From Candidatus Latescibacterota bacterium (GTDB taxonomy: Bacteria > Latescibacterota > UBA2968 > UBA8231), in the NCBI GenBank assembly GCA_963422735.1, contig OY730476.1, positions 4,288,001 to 4,352,000 on the forward strand: a DNA stretch of 64,000 nt, read 5' to 3'. Below, one piece after another: positions 40,809-50,845 of this stretch. A program made the position numbers and the translations under genes. The notes below the pieces were generated by a model, which had not been told where the DNA came from, ran no database searches, and saw only the letters and a program-made list of their open reading frames with translations. The first letter of the stretch is position 1; every line of letters begins with the position of its first letter.

Positions 40809-42773
40809 CTAATACACTGGCAGGCGGTTGCCCACCGTCCCGGAGAAGCCATCCACGACGAGCCAGATGCCGGCAGTGACGATCTGGCCGAGAGCTATGC
40901 CGAGGAAGAAAGGTACACTCTTGTGGTAGAGAGCCGCGCCCCCAAAGCGGAGCACTAGGGCCTTGACTAGCCAAGCGAGAAGAATTGAGCACCAGATATG
41001 GTCCATGACCCAGCCCATGCTCGCGGCAAAGCCCAAAGGATGCAGCGGCCACCAAGCCCAAAAGTTGCGCGCACCGATCAGCATACTCATCAGTAGAGCA
41101 CCGCCGCCGGTCCACAGCCAGCCGATGGCGTCCGGGCCGGTGGGATGGAGTAGTTTTTGCGCGGCGAACTTAGACGGCTCGGCCGCAAAGGTGGAAAAGT
41201 ACTGCTGGTGGAGATTGACGGCTCCGTGCGTATAGGCCAAGCGCAACGTGTACCAAGTCGATAGCAAAAGGCTGATGAGCATGGCCGCGACCAACCCCCA
41301 AAGCAACCGGCGGCGATCGCCTGCCAATTCGCTGCCCAAGCGCAGGCTATTGGCCAAGGGGGCGGTCATAAAAACCAGCAGGTCGCCGATCCACACGAAG
41401 GTGTAGCCCAGCGCCACCACGCCCGGTGCCCCCAATGCCGGCACACCGACGGCGCTGACGGCAAACCCAGCGGGAACCATGCCCGAGGTAATGGTGGGGG
41501 TACCGGCCTCGGCGACGATGCGCGTCAGCGCGACCAAAAGGCCCAGTGCCACCACCACCACTAACGCGGCGATCCACACCGGCAACCCGCTCTGCCACAG
41601 CCACATCACCATGCCCCCCGCGCCCAAGACCAAACCGACGACGCAGAAGCGAAAAGACGCCATTTCCCCTTCGTCTTTCCGAGGGCGCAAAAAGCGGCGT
41701 CCAACCTCGAAAAGATGGGCGCGGGCCGTCCACAAGCCATAAAAGACGAGCACAGCACAGGCCCCCATCATCTGATGCCCCATCCCCGCATCGGACCACG
41801 TCCCCACCTCGGCGGTGTGGTGCAGATGCAGGCTGCGGAGTAGGCCCTCTTGCAGGGCGTGGAGCAGATAGAAAACCCAAAGACTAAAGGACAGTTGGAC
41901 GCCGATGAGGTAGGCAAAGCCGAGCATGAGGAAGTTGATGTCGAGGCGCAAGACGACGATCTGCCGCAACAGCGACAGCCGCGTCTCCAGCACGGGCGAG
42001 GGTATAGCGGGGAAATAGTGATGCAGGGCCTCTAAACTGCCGAGGACAAAGGGAATGGCCAAGCCCAGCCAGACGAGGTGCTGGCGAAAAAAGGGCGCGA
42101 GTCGGCTTTCTTCTGCACCTTGGATCATGGCTAGCGGCACTTGCGCTAAGGGATAGGCCAGCCGCTCGTTATCGACCCATGGGCGGCGCAGGATGTTCAT
42201 CAGGCATATCAAGGCCAAGTAGAACGCCGAATAGAACGCCAGCCAGTGTCCCAAGGGCACCAACCAAGCGTCCCAAGGGATCGGCGCGGCGCGCCCGGCA
42301 CCCTCGTAGAAGGCCCTGATGGCCTCTGGATCTGCGACGACCATCCAGTCGGCCAAGTGGGGATGAATCAGCTCGGCCCACTGGTTTTCTGGGGTGGCGT
42401 AGTAGAAGGTGCCGGTGATCATGGGCAGGAGCATCCCCACCACCCCGCGCGTGGGAATGGCCGTGGCCACCGCCATCATCGCGAAAATCGTCACCAACTC
42501 GCCGCGGCCAAATGCCCACTCCCGCCGCACAGCCCCCAGAGCCACCTGCACGATCACCAGCAGCGCGAACAACAAGAAAAACGCCGCGGGCGTCGCCGAC
42601 GAAAGCCCCAGCCGCGACCCTTGCACCACCATGCTCCCATAGGGTACGCCGATGGCGATGAGGGCGGCCAAGAGGCCGCCGGTGAGTAGGGCGCGCCCCG
42701 TAGCACCCCGGCCCGTGGTCCGGTCGCGGCGCACTACGCGCCGGCGATAGGCAGCCGGTACTCGTCGGAGCAA
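40809..42773 (-). CDS. DUF6785/DUF6784-like polytopic membrane protein (second paralogue)
   Basis: FYYATPENQW, ERLAYPL, RIVAEAG, WWPLHPLG; homologous to 25079..27031. Confidence 0.75.
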   Translation of the reverse strand: MLRRVPAAYRRRVVRRDRTTGRGATGRALLTGGLLAALIAIGVPYGSMVVQGSRLGLSSATPAAFFLLFALLVIVQVALGAVRREWAFGRGELVTIFAMMAVATAIPTRGVVGMLLPMITGTFYYATPENQWAELIHPHLADWMVVADPEAIRAFYEGAGRAAPIPWDAWLVPLGHWLAFYSAFYLALICLMNILRRPWVDNERLAYPLAQVPLAMIQGAEESRLAPFFRQHLVWLGLAIPFVLGSLEALHHYFPAIPSPVLETRLSLLRQIVVLRLDINFLMLGFAYLIGVQLSFSLWVFYLLHALQEGLLRSLHLHHTAEVGTWSDAGMGHQMMGACAVLVFYGLWTARAHLFEVGRRFLRPRKDEGEMASFRFCVVGLVLGAGGMVMWLWQSGLPVWIAALVVVVALGLLVALTRIVAEAGTPTITSGMVPAGFAVSAVGVPALGAPGVVALGYTFVWIGDLLVFMTAPLANSLRLGSELAGDRRRLLWGLVAAMLISLLLSTWYTLRLAYTHGAVNLHQQYFSTFAAEPSKFAAQKLLHPTGPDAIGWLWTGGGALLMSMLIGARNFWAWWPLHPLGFAASMGWVMDHIWCSILLAWLVKALVLRFGGAALYHKSVPFFLGIALGQIVTAGIWLVVDGFSGTVGNRLPVY

Positions 42774-42806
42774 GACCCGTCCTTTCCTAGCGCCGCCCCG
42801 ACGACC

Positions 42807-45683
42807 TCACAGCTTCTGCCGCTCGTCCTCGGGGTCGTAAAAGGGCAGCGCAGTAACCGCCGCCACGCTCGTCGAACCATCGTCCAAACGCACTTCCACC
42901 CGCGTGCCGGGCTCGGCCATATCCGCTTCTACAAAGGCCAAGCCCAGCGGATAACCCAGCGTCGAGACTGGGGCAATGCTGGTCACGCGACCGGCGATCC
43001 ACCCTTCCCGCATGATCAAGTTGCATTCCTCGGGCAGCTTACCGGCAAAATTAGCGGGCCACCGCACGCCGACGAGTGTGCGCCGAGCTGGGCGCACAGC
43101 GTGGATTTGCAGGCTGCGCTGACCGATGAAGAAACGCTTGTTTTTGCCAATGGCCCACGCCAACCCCGCCTCTTGGGGATACGTCAGCGCGTCCGTATCG
43201 TGGCCGACGATCAAGTGCCCTTTTTCCAAGCGCAACAGGCGCTGCGCCTCCACTCCAAAGGGACGCGCACCGGCCGCCGATAGCGCTCGCCACACGTGCT
43301 CGCCTTCCCAAGCCGGCACGTGGACCTCGTATCCCAGTTCGCCGACAAAGCCCACTCGCATCACCAGTGCCTGTACCCCGGCCACCTCGCCTTCGCGCAC
43401 CCGTAGATAGGAGAAAGGCCCCGACCTCAAATCGATGTCCGTCAACGCCGCCAGTGCGTCGCGGCTGCCCGGGCCAGCCAGATTGAACGCCGCCAGTTGG
43501 CCCGTAGCATTGCTCAAGGTCGCGTCCAAGCCCCAGATTGCGGCCCAGCGCAGCATCTCGCGGTAAAAAGCCGCTGAGCCGCTACTGGTCGTGGTCGCGT
43601 AGAAGCGGTCCTCGGACAGCCGCGCTATCACCCCGTCCTCGACCACGACCCCGCTTTCGTCGAGTGCCACGCCGTAGCGGCAGCGACCGATCGGCAGCTT
43701 CTTGAAGCGGCCCGTATAGAGGCGCTCAAGTAGCTCGCTAGCATCCGGGCCGCTGACCTGCAATTTGCCCAGTGTACTCACGTCGATGATTCCCAGACCA
43801 GCCCGCACTTGACGCGCCTCCTGCACAATGCACTCGTCGCGGCTGGCATCGCCGCAGGCATAGTATTCGGGCCGATACCAGTCGCCGGCGTGAGCAAAGA
43901 CCGCGCCGTGCTCGCGGTGCCAATCGTGGATCGGCGTCTGGCGCATCGGGTGGAAGCGCCGGCCAGCCAAATGCCCCAGCGGCACCGGCTGGTAGAAGGG
44001 ACGGGCGGTCGTCGAGCCGGTCGCTGCGATGGTATTGCCGTTGAGTTTGGCCAGGATCCGCATCGCGTTCATGTTGGATAGCTTGCCCTGGCTCGGTCCC
44101 ATCCCCACCGTGCTGTAGCGCTTGAGCAGTTCGACGCTGTCGTAGCCTTCTTGGTGGGCATCGACAAAATCCGCCAAGTGCAAATCCTCATCGAAATCCA
44201 CGAAGTTCTTCTTGCTCGGATGGGCGAAAATCGGATAGCTATGGCTGGGAGCTTCTCGCACCGGCGGCGGGAGCGCGGTCACCTCGCCGTGGCCGTGGCC
44301 AGCGTAGTGGGCTGCCCTGAGCCCTGCAAAGTGTCCATCTTCCCGCTGCGCGTCTAGATTGTACACCCCGCGCACGCGCCCGGCGACAAAGACCCCGTCT
44401 GGACACGACCTTGGCACGAGCTGCTCCAGTGCCTCGTCGTACGCAAATTGCACCCCCGCTTGGCTGGGCAGTGCGGCGTTGGGCATCCAGCCGACCGACG
44501 CAACAAGGCCGTCACAGGCGATCGCGGTGCCGCGCTGGGCATCTATTGTGCCATCTGCGGCTAGCGGCGCCACTACCGCGCCGCGCAGGCCATTTTTCTG
44601 GCGATTGGGCACCGCCGCATAGACTGCGTGCCCGCCGTAGATCGGCACCCCGGCTGCGGAGATTTTTTCTGCTTGGGCCAGCGGTGCTGCGTTGGGGCGC
44701 AAATCGGCGATGGCCGCCACCTCAACCCCTGCGTCGAGCATGTCCAGTGCTACCCCGTACGCATCACTATTGGCCGCTAGCACCACCGTGCGGTCGCAGG
44801 GTTTGACCGCGTACAACTTTACCAACCGCTGGGCCGCCGACCCCATTAGTACGCCCGGCAGGTCGTTGTGCCCAAAGACCGCGGGCTGCTCGATCGCGCC
44901 GTTGGCATAGACGACCGCCGCGGTGCGCACCTTGGTCATCCGCACCGCATCGAACAGAGCGACCCATCCGTCGGCGTAGTGGCCGCCGGCCACCGTCCCG
45001 CAGCGGATCTCGACATGGGGCAAACCAGCGAGCACCTCGACCAACTCGTCGCAGTTCCCGCCATGCTGCCACGCCCAGCTCCCCCCCAAACGCGCCCGTT
45101 CCTCGACCAGCAAAACGCGAGCACCCGTTTCTCCTGCGGCCCTTGCCGCCTCCAGCCCGGCTGCACCACCGCCCACGACTAGCACATCGCACCAAGCGTA
45201 TTCCTTGGGGCTGGCGGTCGGCGGCAGGGCCCGGTTGGTCTGGCCCAAGCCCGCTATTTGGCGGATGATCCGCTCGTAGAAGGGAAAAAGCCACCTGGGG
45301 CGGTGAAACGCCTTGTAGTAAAAACCCACCGGCATGAAGCGGCCCAAAGGCTCCAGCCACTGGAGCAGATCGCGTTTCAACCCACCTAGCGTGTTGACGG
45401 CCCGCAGATCCATGCCCGCAGCCAACGGCTCGCTATCGCCGCGCAGATGCGTACGCTCGCCGTCTGTAAACAGCGCGTTGGCGTCGTGGCCGGCCAAGCT
45501 GTACGCCCCGCGCGGCCGGTGGTATTTGAAGCTGCGCCCCATCACCTGCACACCATTGGCCAAAAGTGCACTGGCTACACAATCGCCGGCAAAACCGCTA
45601 AACATCTCGCCTTCAAAGCGGAATTCGATGGGCTGCGTCCGGTCGATCCACTCCCCGGGCTGGGCGGACAGGCGATGCTTCAC
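42807..45683 (-). CDS. soxA: Sarcosine oxidase / N-methylglutamate dehydrogenase alpha subunit (MgdC-like)
   Basis: GRSFKYHRPRG, GGGAAG, KRYSTVGMGPSQG, GcvT domain RLEKGH. Confidence 0.9.
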   Translation of the reverse strand: MKHRLSAQPGEWIDRTQPIEFRFEGEMFSGFAGDCVASALLANGVQVMGRSFKYHRPRGAYSLAGHDANALFTDGERTHLRGDSEPLAAGMDLRAVNTLGGLKRDLLQWLEPLGRFMPVGFYYKAFHRPRWLFPFYERIIRQIAGLGQTNRALPPTASPKEYAWCDVLVVGGGAAGLEAARAAGETGARVLLVEERARLGGSWAWQHGGNCDELVEVLAGLPHVEIRCGTVAGGHYADGWVALFDAVRMTKVRTAAVVYANGAIEQPAVFGHNDLPGVLMGSAAQRLVKLYAVKPCDRTVVLAANSDAYGVALDMLDAGVEVAAIADLRPNAAPLAQAEKISAAGVPIYGGHAVYAAVPNRQKNGLRGAVVAPLAADGTIDAQRGTAIACDGLVASVGWMPNAALPSQAGVQFAYDEALEQLVPRSCPDGVFVAGRVRGVYNLDAQREDGHFAGLRAAHYAGHGHGEVTALPPPVREAPSHSYPIFAHPSKKNFVDFDEDLHLADFVDAHQEGYDSVELLKRYSTVGMGPSQGKLSNMNAMRILAKLNGNTIAATGSTTARPFYQPVPLGHLAGRRFHPMRQTPIHDWHREHGAVFAHAGDWYRPEYYACGDASRDECIVQEARQVRAGLGIIDVSTLGKLQVSGPDASELLERLYTGRFKKLPIGRCRYGVALDESGVVVEDGVIARLSEDRFYATTTSSGSAAFYREMLRWAAIWGLDATLSNATGQLAAFNLAGPGSRDALAALTDIDLRSGPFSYLRVREGEVAGVQALVMRVGFVGELGYEVHVPAWEGEHVWRALSAAGARPFGVEAQRLLRLEKGHLIVGHDTDALTYPQEAGLAWAIGKNKRFFIGQRSLQIHAVRPARRTLVGVRWPANFAGKLPEECNLIMREGWIAGRVTSIAPVSTLGYPLGLAFVEADMAEPGTRVEVRLDDGSTSVAAVTALPFYDPEDERQKL

Positions 45684-45943
45684 GCTTTGTCCTCCTCGCC
45701 CCACAAATAGGTGCGGACGACCTCGTCGCGGACCGTGTCGCGCTCGGCGATAAACCAAGTACTGCTGGCACTGTGGTACCACCACTCGCGTTGGATACCC
45801 GGCTCGCCGCAGCGATTGAACACGTAGTCTGCCCAGGCTTGGTTACTTGCTTGCTTGGGGTCGGGCATGGAGCGCACTCGGCCGCCGAAGACGAATTCCT
45901 CCAACGGACGCGGCCCGTTGACTGGGCAGGTGAGGATTTTCAT
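45680..45943 (-). CDS. soxD: Sarcosine oxidase / N-methylglutamate dehydrogenase delta subunit (MgdB-like)
   Basis: CPVNGPR..EEF..GG, EWWYH, ERDT. Confidence 0.9.
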   Translation of the reverse strand: MKILTCPVNGPRPLEEFVFGGRVRSMPDPKQASNQAWADYVFNRCGEPGIQREWWYHSASSTWFIAERDTVRDEVVRTYLWGEEDKA

Positions 45944-45944
45944 G

Positions 45945-46077
45945 GGTTAGTGGTTAGTGGTTAGTGGTCAGTGGTCAGTGGTTAGTGGTCAGTGGTCAGT
46001 GGTCAGTGGTCAGTGGTTAGTGGTTAGTGGTTAGGGGTTAGGGGTTAGGGGTTAGGGGTTAGGGGTTAGGGGTTAGG
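45945..46077. repeat. Heptamer tandem array, 19 x GGT(T/C)AG(T/G); last 7 units GGTTAGG
   Basis: Counted directly; short degenerate inverted arm at 46081-46098. Confidence 0.95.
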
Positions 46078-46099
46078 GGGACTAGCACTGGCCACTAAT

Positions 46100-47344
46100 T
46101 CAGTGGCCAACGGACGCTGCTCCCTTCTCGCCGACCAGCGCAAAGGCGCCAAAGCGCGACAGATTAAAGGCGCGGATCAGCGGATGATCCTCGTCGTGGG
46201 CGATGGTGTGGGCCATGGTGTAGCCGCAGACCGGCGAGGCCTTAAAACCCCAAGTACCCCAACCCGCGTCGATGTAAAACCCCGCGATCGGCGTCGTGCC
46301 CATGATCGGGGAAAAGTCCGGGGTCATGTCGCACAACCCGGCCCACTGGCGCAGCACCTTGACGTCGCCCAAGCAGGGAAAGAGGTCGAGCATATGCCCG
46401 GCCAACCCCTCGGCAAAGTCGAGGGTCGAGCGCATGGACGTCAGTTCGTAGGGGTCCAAAGAGGCTCCGGCGACCAATTCGCCGCGCGAGGATTGGCTGA
46501 CGTACGTGTGCAAGCTGGCCGATACGACAATCGCGTCGAGCCACGGCTTGAATGGCTCGGTGACAAACGCCTGGAGCGGATGCACTACCAGCGGCGAGCG
46601 CAGTCCGACCATCCGCTGTACCTGCGGCGTCCAGCCCGCTACGGCGCTGAGCACCTTGCGAGTCTGGATAAAACCTCGGTCCGTGTGGACGCCCGCGACC
46701 CGGCCGTCTGCGACTTCAATGTCGGTGACGCAGGTCTGCTGGTGGATTTCAACGCCTTTGCTGTCGGCTCCGCGCGCATAGGCCCACGCCACGGCGTCGT
46801 GGCGGGCAATGGCGCCCGGCGGGTGGTAGAGCGCGCCGACGATGGGCGGCTGGTGCCCGCCGCAGTTCAGGTCGATCTCGGGGATGGTCTTCTTGACGAA
46901 CTCCGGGCTTACTACCTCGGAGTTGATGCCGAGGTGCTTGTTGACCTCGGCGCGCCAGCGCTGGGTACGCAGCGCGGCCGGCGTGTGCGCCAAGGTGAAG
47001 TGGCCGCGCTCGGAGTAGAATAGGTTGTAGTCGAGTTGGCGCGACAAATCGCGATAGAGATCCATGCTGAACTGGTAAAAGCGTGCGCCCTCTTCCGTCA
47101 GGTAATTCGAGCGAATGATCGCGGTATTGCGGCCGGTGCCGCCGTGGCCGATGTAGCGCTGCTCCAAGACGGCCACATCGCGGATGCCGTGCTCTTGGGC
47201 GAGATAGTGCGCCGCGGCCAGCCCGTGCCCGCCGCCGCCGATGATGACCACTTCATAGCTATCGCGCAACCGCTCGGGTGAGCGGAACATGCGCGGCGCG
47301 GGACGCGACCGACCGAAACCGTATTTGAGCAACCGGTAGGGCAT
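46100..47344 (-). CDS. soxB: Sarcosine oxidase / N-methylglutamate dehydrogenase beta subunit (MgdA-like)
   Basis: GGGGHGLA, GRNT.IIRSNY, ARHDAVAW, GWGTWGFK. Confidence 0.92.
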   Translation of the reverse strand: MPYRLLKYGFGRSRPAPRMFRSPERLRDSYEVVIIGGGGHGLAAAHYLAQEHGIRDVAVLEQRYIGHGGTGRNTAIIRSNYLTEEGARFYQFSMDLYRDLSRQLDYNLFYSERGHFTLAHTPAALRTQRWRAEVNKHLGINSEVVSPEFVKKTIPEIDLNCGGHQPPIVGALYHPPGAIARHDAVAWAYARGADSKGVEIHQQTCVTDIEVADGRVAGVHTDRGFIQTRKVLSAVAGWTPQVQRMVGLRSPLVVHPLQAFVTEPFKPWLDAIVVSASLHTYVSQSSRGELVAGASLDPYELTSMRSTLDFAEGLAGHMLDLFPCLGDVKVLRQWAGLCDMTPDFSPIMGTTPIAGFYIDAGWGTWGFKASPVCGYTMAHTIAHDEDHPLIRAFNLSRFGAFALVGEKGAASVGH

Positions 47345-47348
47345 GGCC

Positions 47349-48707
47349 TCAGCAGGAAGTCAAGTACCGGTCGATCTCCCAGCGGCTGACTTGGCTGTCG
47401 TACTCGGCCCACTCGTCGGCTTTTATCTTGAGGAACTCGTCGGCGATGGGGCCTAGCGCGCCCTGCACTACTTCGTCCTCGTGCAGCGCGTCGAGCGCCT
47501 CAGCCAAAGACTGCGGCAAAAGCTGTATCCCCGTCGCTTGGATCTCGTCGAGGGAGTGCTCGTACATGTTGCCCATATTGGGCTCGCCCGGTTCCAAGCC
47601 GCGCTCAATACCGTCGAGCCCGGCGACTAGATGAGCGGCCAGAGCCAGATAGGGATTGGCCGCGGCGCTGATCGTGCGGTCTTCAAAATGCCCCTCGCCG
47701 GCCGTGCGGATCATCTGTGTGCGGTTGTTGTCGCCGTAGGTGATAAACGCCGGCGTCCAAGTGAAACCCGAACGGCTCGAATAGATTCCAGCGCCGAGCT
47801 GGAGGCGTTTGTAGCAGTTCACAGTTGGGTTGGAGACCGCGCAGAGTGCGCGTGCGTGGTGTAAAACGCCGCCGAGGAAGTGGTAGGCCAGCTTTGAGCA
47901 GCCCAAACCCCGCTCGTCCCTCCCGTCCAAGAAGAGATTCCCGCCCGACTTGGCGTCGGCGATATGGTAGTGGGCGTGCAAACCGCTGCCAGTGCGGTCG
48001 GCAAACGGCTTGGGCATGTGCGTGGCAATCGCACCGTGTTTTTTGGCGATCTGCGAAGTAGCCATCTTAAAGAAAATGATGCGGTCCGAGGTGGTCAGCG
48101 CGTCGGCGTAGTCGAAGTTGACCTCGAATTGCCCGTTGGCGTCCTCGTGGTCGCACTGATAGACTCCCCAGCCGAGGTCATTGAGCGACCGGGTCAATTC
48201 CTGCAAGTACGCCATGGCCGGCGACATGGAGCGGAAGTCGTAGCAGGGCTTGGCCAGCGAGTCCACACCATCTGGGTCCCAAGGCCGGATCGAGCCGTCG
48301 GCATCGCGCACCACGAGAAAGTGCTCCGGCTCCATACCCACGTTGAAGACATAGCCCTGTTGCGCGGCAGCAGCGAGTACGCGCTGGAGGTTGGTGCGCG
48401 AGCAATAGGGATGGGATTCCCCATCGACGAAAAGGTCGCTGGCAAAGCGCACGGTGTTTGGCTGCCAAGATAGCCGCGCGTACGAACCGAGGTCGATCCG
48501 CGCCAGCATGTCGTGCGAGTGCGGCCCCTGACCCAAGCCCCAAATAGATGCGCCGGCAAAACCCGCGCCTTCGTCCATCGCGTCGTCGAGCGCTGTCACT
48601 GGCACCATCTTCACTTTGGGTGCCCCGGTCATATCGACGAACTGGACGAGGAGGAATTCAATGCCCTCTTGGGCGAGGCGTTCTTTGATCTCAGTGCGCT
48701 CAGTCAC
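47349..48707 (-). CDS. gmaS: GlnT-type glutamine synthetase family / gamma-glutamylmethylamide synthetase
   Basis: GAGFAG, DHEDANGQFE, MPKPF, YGDNNRT; position between mgs and mgd genes. Confidence 0.8.
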   Translation of the reverse strand: MTERTEIKERLAQEGIEFLLVQFVDMTGAPKVKMVPVTALDDAMDEGAGFAGASIWGLGQGPHSHDMLARIDLGSYARLSWQPNTVRFASDLFVDGESHPYCSRTNLQRVLAAAAQQGYVFNVGMEPEHFLVVRDADGSIRPWDPDGVDSLAKPCYDFRSMSPAMAYLQELTRSLNDLGWGVYQCDHEDANGQFEVNFDYADALTTSDRIIFFKMATSQIAKKHGAIATHMPKPFADRTGSGLHAHYHIADAKSGGNLFLDGRDERGLGCSKLAYHFLGGVLHHARALCAVSNPTVNCYKRLQLGAGIYSSRSGFTWTPAFITYGDNNRTQMIRTAGEGHFEDRTISAAANPYLALAAHLVAGLDGIERGLEPGEPNMGNMYEHSLDEIQATGIQLLPQSLAEALDALHEDEVVQGALGPIADEFLKIKADEWAEYDSQVSRWEIDRYLTSC

Positions 48708-50049
48708 AGCAAGCTCCTTTCGTTGGCGTGTTTCCAGGAATCCAATCCGTCCCGGCCAAGGGAATTTTGGCCATGGCCGCCGCCTCAATGGTCAGCGCCG
48801 CCAAATCCTCTGGCTCTAGGTTGTGAACGTGCGATTTGCCGCAGGCGCGGGCCATGGTCTGGCACTCCATGGTCATTACCCGCAGATAGTTGGCAAGCTG
48901 TCGGCCTCCAGCCACCGGGTCGAGGCGCTGGGCCAATGGTTCGCTCTGGGTCGAGATACCGGCCGGGTCTTGACCGTCTTGCAAGTCGTCGTAAAAGCCA
49001 GCGGCCGAGCCAACTTGGCGGTACTCGGCGTCCAAATGCGGGCTGTTGTCGCCCAGCGCGATCAGCGCGGCCGTGCCAATCGAACAGGCATCCGCCCCCA
49101 TCGCTAGGGCCTTGGCGACATCCGCGCCGCTGCGGATGCCTCCAGACACAATGAGCTGCACCTTGCGGTGCATATCCAACTCGTCGAGTGCCTCTACCGC
49201 TTGGCGCACGGCGGGTAGGGTCGGGATCCCCACGTGCTCGATGAATACCTCTTGGGTTGCACCCGTGCCGCCCTGCATCCCATCAAGAACCACCACGTCG
49301 GCCCCAGCCTTGACCGCCAAGAGCGTGTCGTAGTAGGTCCGAGTAGCACCGATCTTGACGTAGATCGGCGCCTTCCAGTCGGTGATCTCGCGCAATTCCA
49401 CGATCTTGATCGCTAGGTCGTCCGGGCCAGTCCAGTCCGGGTGGCGGCACGCCGAGCGCTGGTCAATGTCCTTAGGCAAGGTCCGCATCTGGGCGACGCG
49501 GTCGCTGATCTTCTGCCCCAAGAGCATCCCGCCGCCGCCGGGCTTGGCCCCTTGACCGAGCACCACCTCAATAGCGTCGGCCTTCCGCAGGTCGTCGGGG
49601 TTCATGCCATAGCGCGAAGGCAAAAGCTGATAGACCAAAATCCGCGACTGTCCGCGCTCTTCTGGCGTCATCCCGCCGTCGCCGGTCGTGGTGCTCGTGC
49701 CCACCGCGCTGGCACCGCGGCCGAGCGCCTCTTTGGCTTGCGCCGACAGCGAGCCAAAGCTCATCCCCGCGATGGTAATGGGAATGTCGAGAAGGATCGG
49801 GTTTTTGGCGTAGCGCGTACCTAGCACCACATGGGTGTCGCAGCGCTCTCGGTACCCCTCCAGCGGGTAGCGCGACATGCTCGCGCCCAAAAAGATTAGG
49901 TCGTCGAAATGCGGCACTCGGCGCTTGGCCCCCCAGCCGCGGATATCGTAGATCCCGGTGCGCGCCGCGCGCTGGATTTCATAGATGACGTCGCGGCCAA
50001 AGGTAGCCGATTCGCGCAGGCCCTCTTGGCTGTGGTGTGGTTGCGTCAT
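48700..50049 (-). CDS. mgsC: N-methylglutamate synthase FMN subunit (GlxD-like)
   Basis: IAGMSFG.LS, GQGAKPGGGG, RHPDWTGPDDL, DGMQGGT. Confidence 0.85.
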   Translation of the reverse strand: MTQPHHSQEGLRESATFGRDVIYEIQRAARTGIYDIRGWGAKRRVPHFDDLIFLGASMSRYPLEGYRERCDTHVVLGTRYAKNPILLDIPITIAGMSFGSLSAQAKEALGRGASAVGTSTTTGDGGMTPEERGQSRILVYQLLPSRYGMNPDDLRKADAIEVVLGQGAKPGGGGMLLGQKISDRVAQMRTLPKDIDQRSACRHPDWTGPDDLAIKIVELREITDWKAPIYVKIGATRTYYDTLLAVKAGADVVVLDGMQGGTGATQEVFIEHVGIPTLPAVRQAVEALDELDMHRKVQLIVSGGIRSGADVAKALAMGADACSIGTAALIALGDNSPHLDAEYRQVGSAAGFYDDLQDGQDPAGISTQSEPLAQRLDPVAGGRQLANYLRVMTMECQTMARACGKSHVHNLEPEDLAALTIEAAAMAKIPLAGTDWIPGNTPTKGACCD

Positions 50050-50050
50050 A

Positions 50051-50147
50051 GTTAGTGGTTAGTGGTTAGTGGTTAGTGGTTAGTGTCCGTCCGCACCTGA
50101 GTCTGGGGTGGGGCATTATTCACTGGCCACTGGCTACTAACCACTAA
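50051..50147. repeat. 5 x GTTAGTG array (50051-50085) with degenerate inverted arm (50121-50147)
   Basis: Same heptamer family as 45945-46077. Confidence 0.9.
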
Positions 50148-50149
50148 AT

Positions 50150-50842
50150 TTAGTACTGAGATGCGTTATCTACCTTGAAGTTGTAAAGCTGGCGCGCCGA
50201 GCCGTAGCGACGGAACTCTTCGGGTTGCACACCGGGCAAGTCCGCTCGCACCAGCAACTCAGCCAACGCGCTCAAGTGCTCGTCGCGCATGGGCTTTTCA
50301 ATGCAGTCGGCCCCCAAGCTGGCGACCCGGCCGCGGACGAAAATCCGCGCCTCGTACAGCGAGTCGCCCAATGCTTCGTCGGCATCGCCGCAGACGACTA
50401 GGTTGCCAGCTTGTGCCATAAAGCAACTGCTGTGGCCGACCGAACCGCCGACCACGATATTGATCCCCTTCATCGAAATCCCGCAGCGGCTCGCTGCGTC
50501 GCCTTCGATGACCAGCAGGCCGCCGTGCCCGGTGGCCCCAGCGCACTGGCTGGCGTGGCCCTTCACTCTCACCAATCCCGACATCATGTTCTCGGCAACC
50601 CCGACCCCGACCATCCCGTGTACGGTGATGCAGGCGCGTTGATTCATGCCAGCGCAATAGTACCCAACGTGACCTTCGATATCGATCTCCACGGGCGCAT
50701 GGACCCCGGCGGCCACCGCGTGCGCGCCTCGGGGATGCAGAACCCGCCACGGCGACTTGGCCGTCTCGTCGGTCAAGTCGTGCAAGCGCTGATTGAGCTG
50801 GCGCAGTGTCCCGGTCGCCAAGTCGAAAACCTCCGCGCCCAT
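50150..50842 (-). CDS. mgsB: N-methylglutamate synthase GXGXG subunit (GlxC-like)
   Basis: GYYCAGMN, GVAENMMSG, RCGISMKG, LGDSLYE. Confidence 0.85.
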   Translation of the reverse strand: MGAEVFDLATGTLRQLNQRLHDLTDETAKSPWRVLHPRGAHAVAAGVHAPVEIDIEGHVGYYCAGMNQRACITVHGMVGVGVAENMMSGLVRVKGHASQCAGATGHGGLLVIEGDAASRCGISMKGINIVVGGSVGHSSCFMAQAGNLVVCGDADEALGDSLYEARIFVRGRVASLGADCIEKPMRDEHLSALAELLVRADLPGVQPEEFRRYGSARQLYNFKVDNASQY

Positions 50843-50845
50843 TGG

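Noticed and set aside
46029-46080. Eukaryotic telomere contamination
   Set aside because: The unit is 7 bp, grades into GGTTAGT/GGTCAGT variants, sits between correctly ordered soxB and soxD, and recurs at 50051
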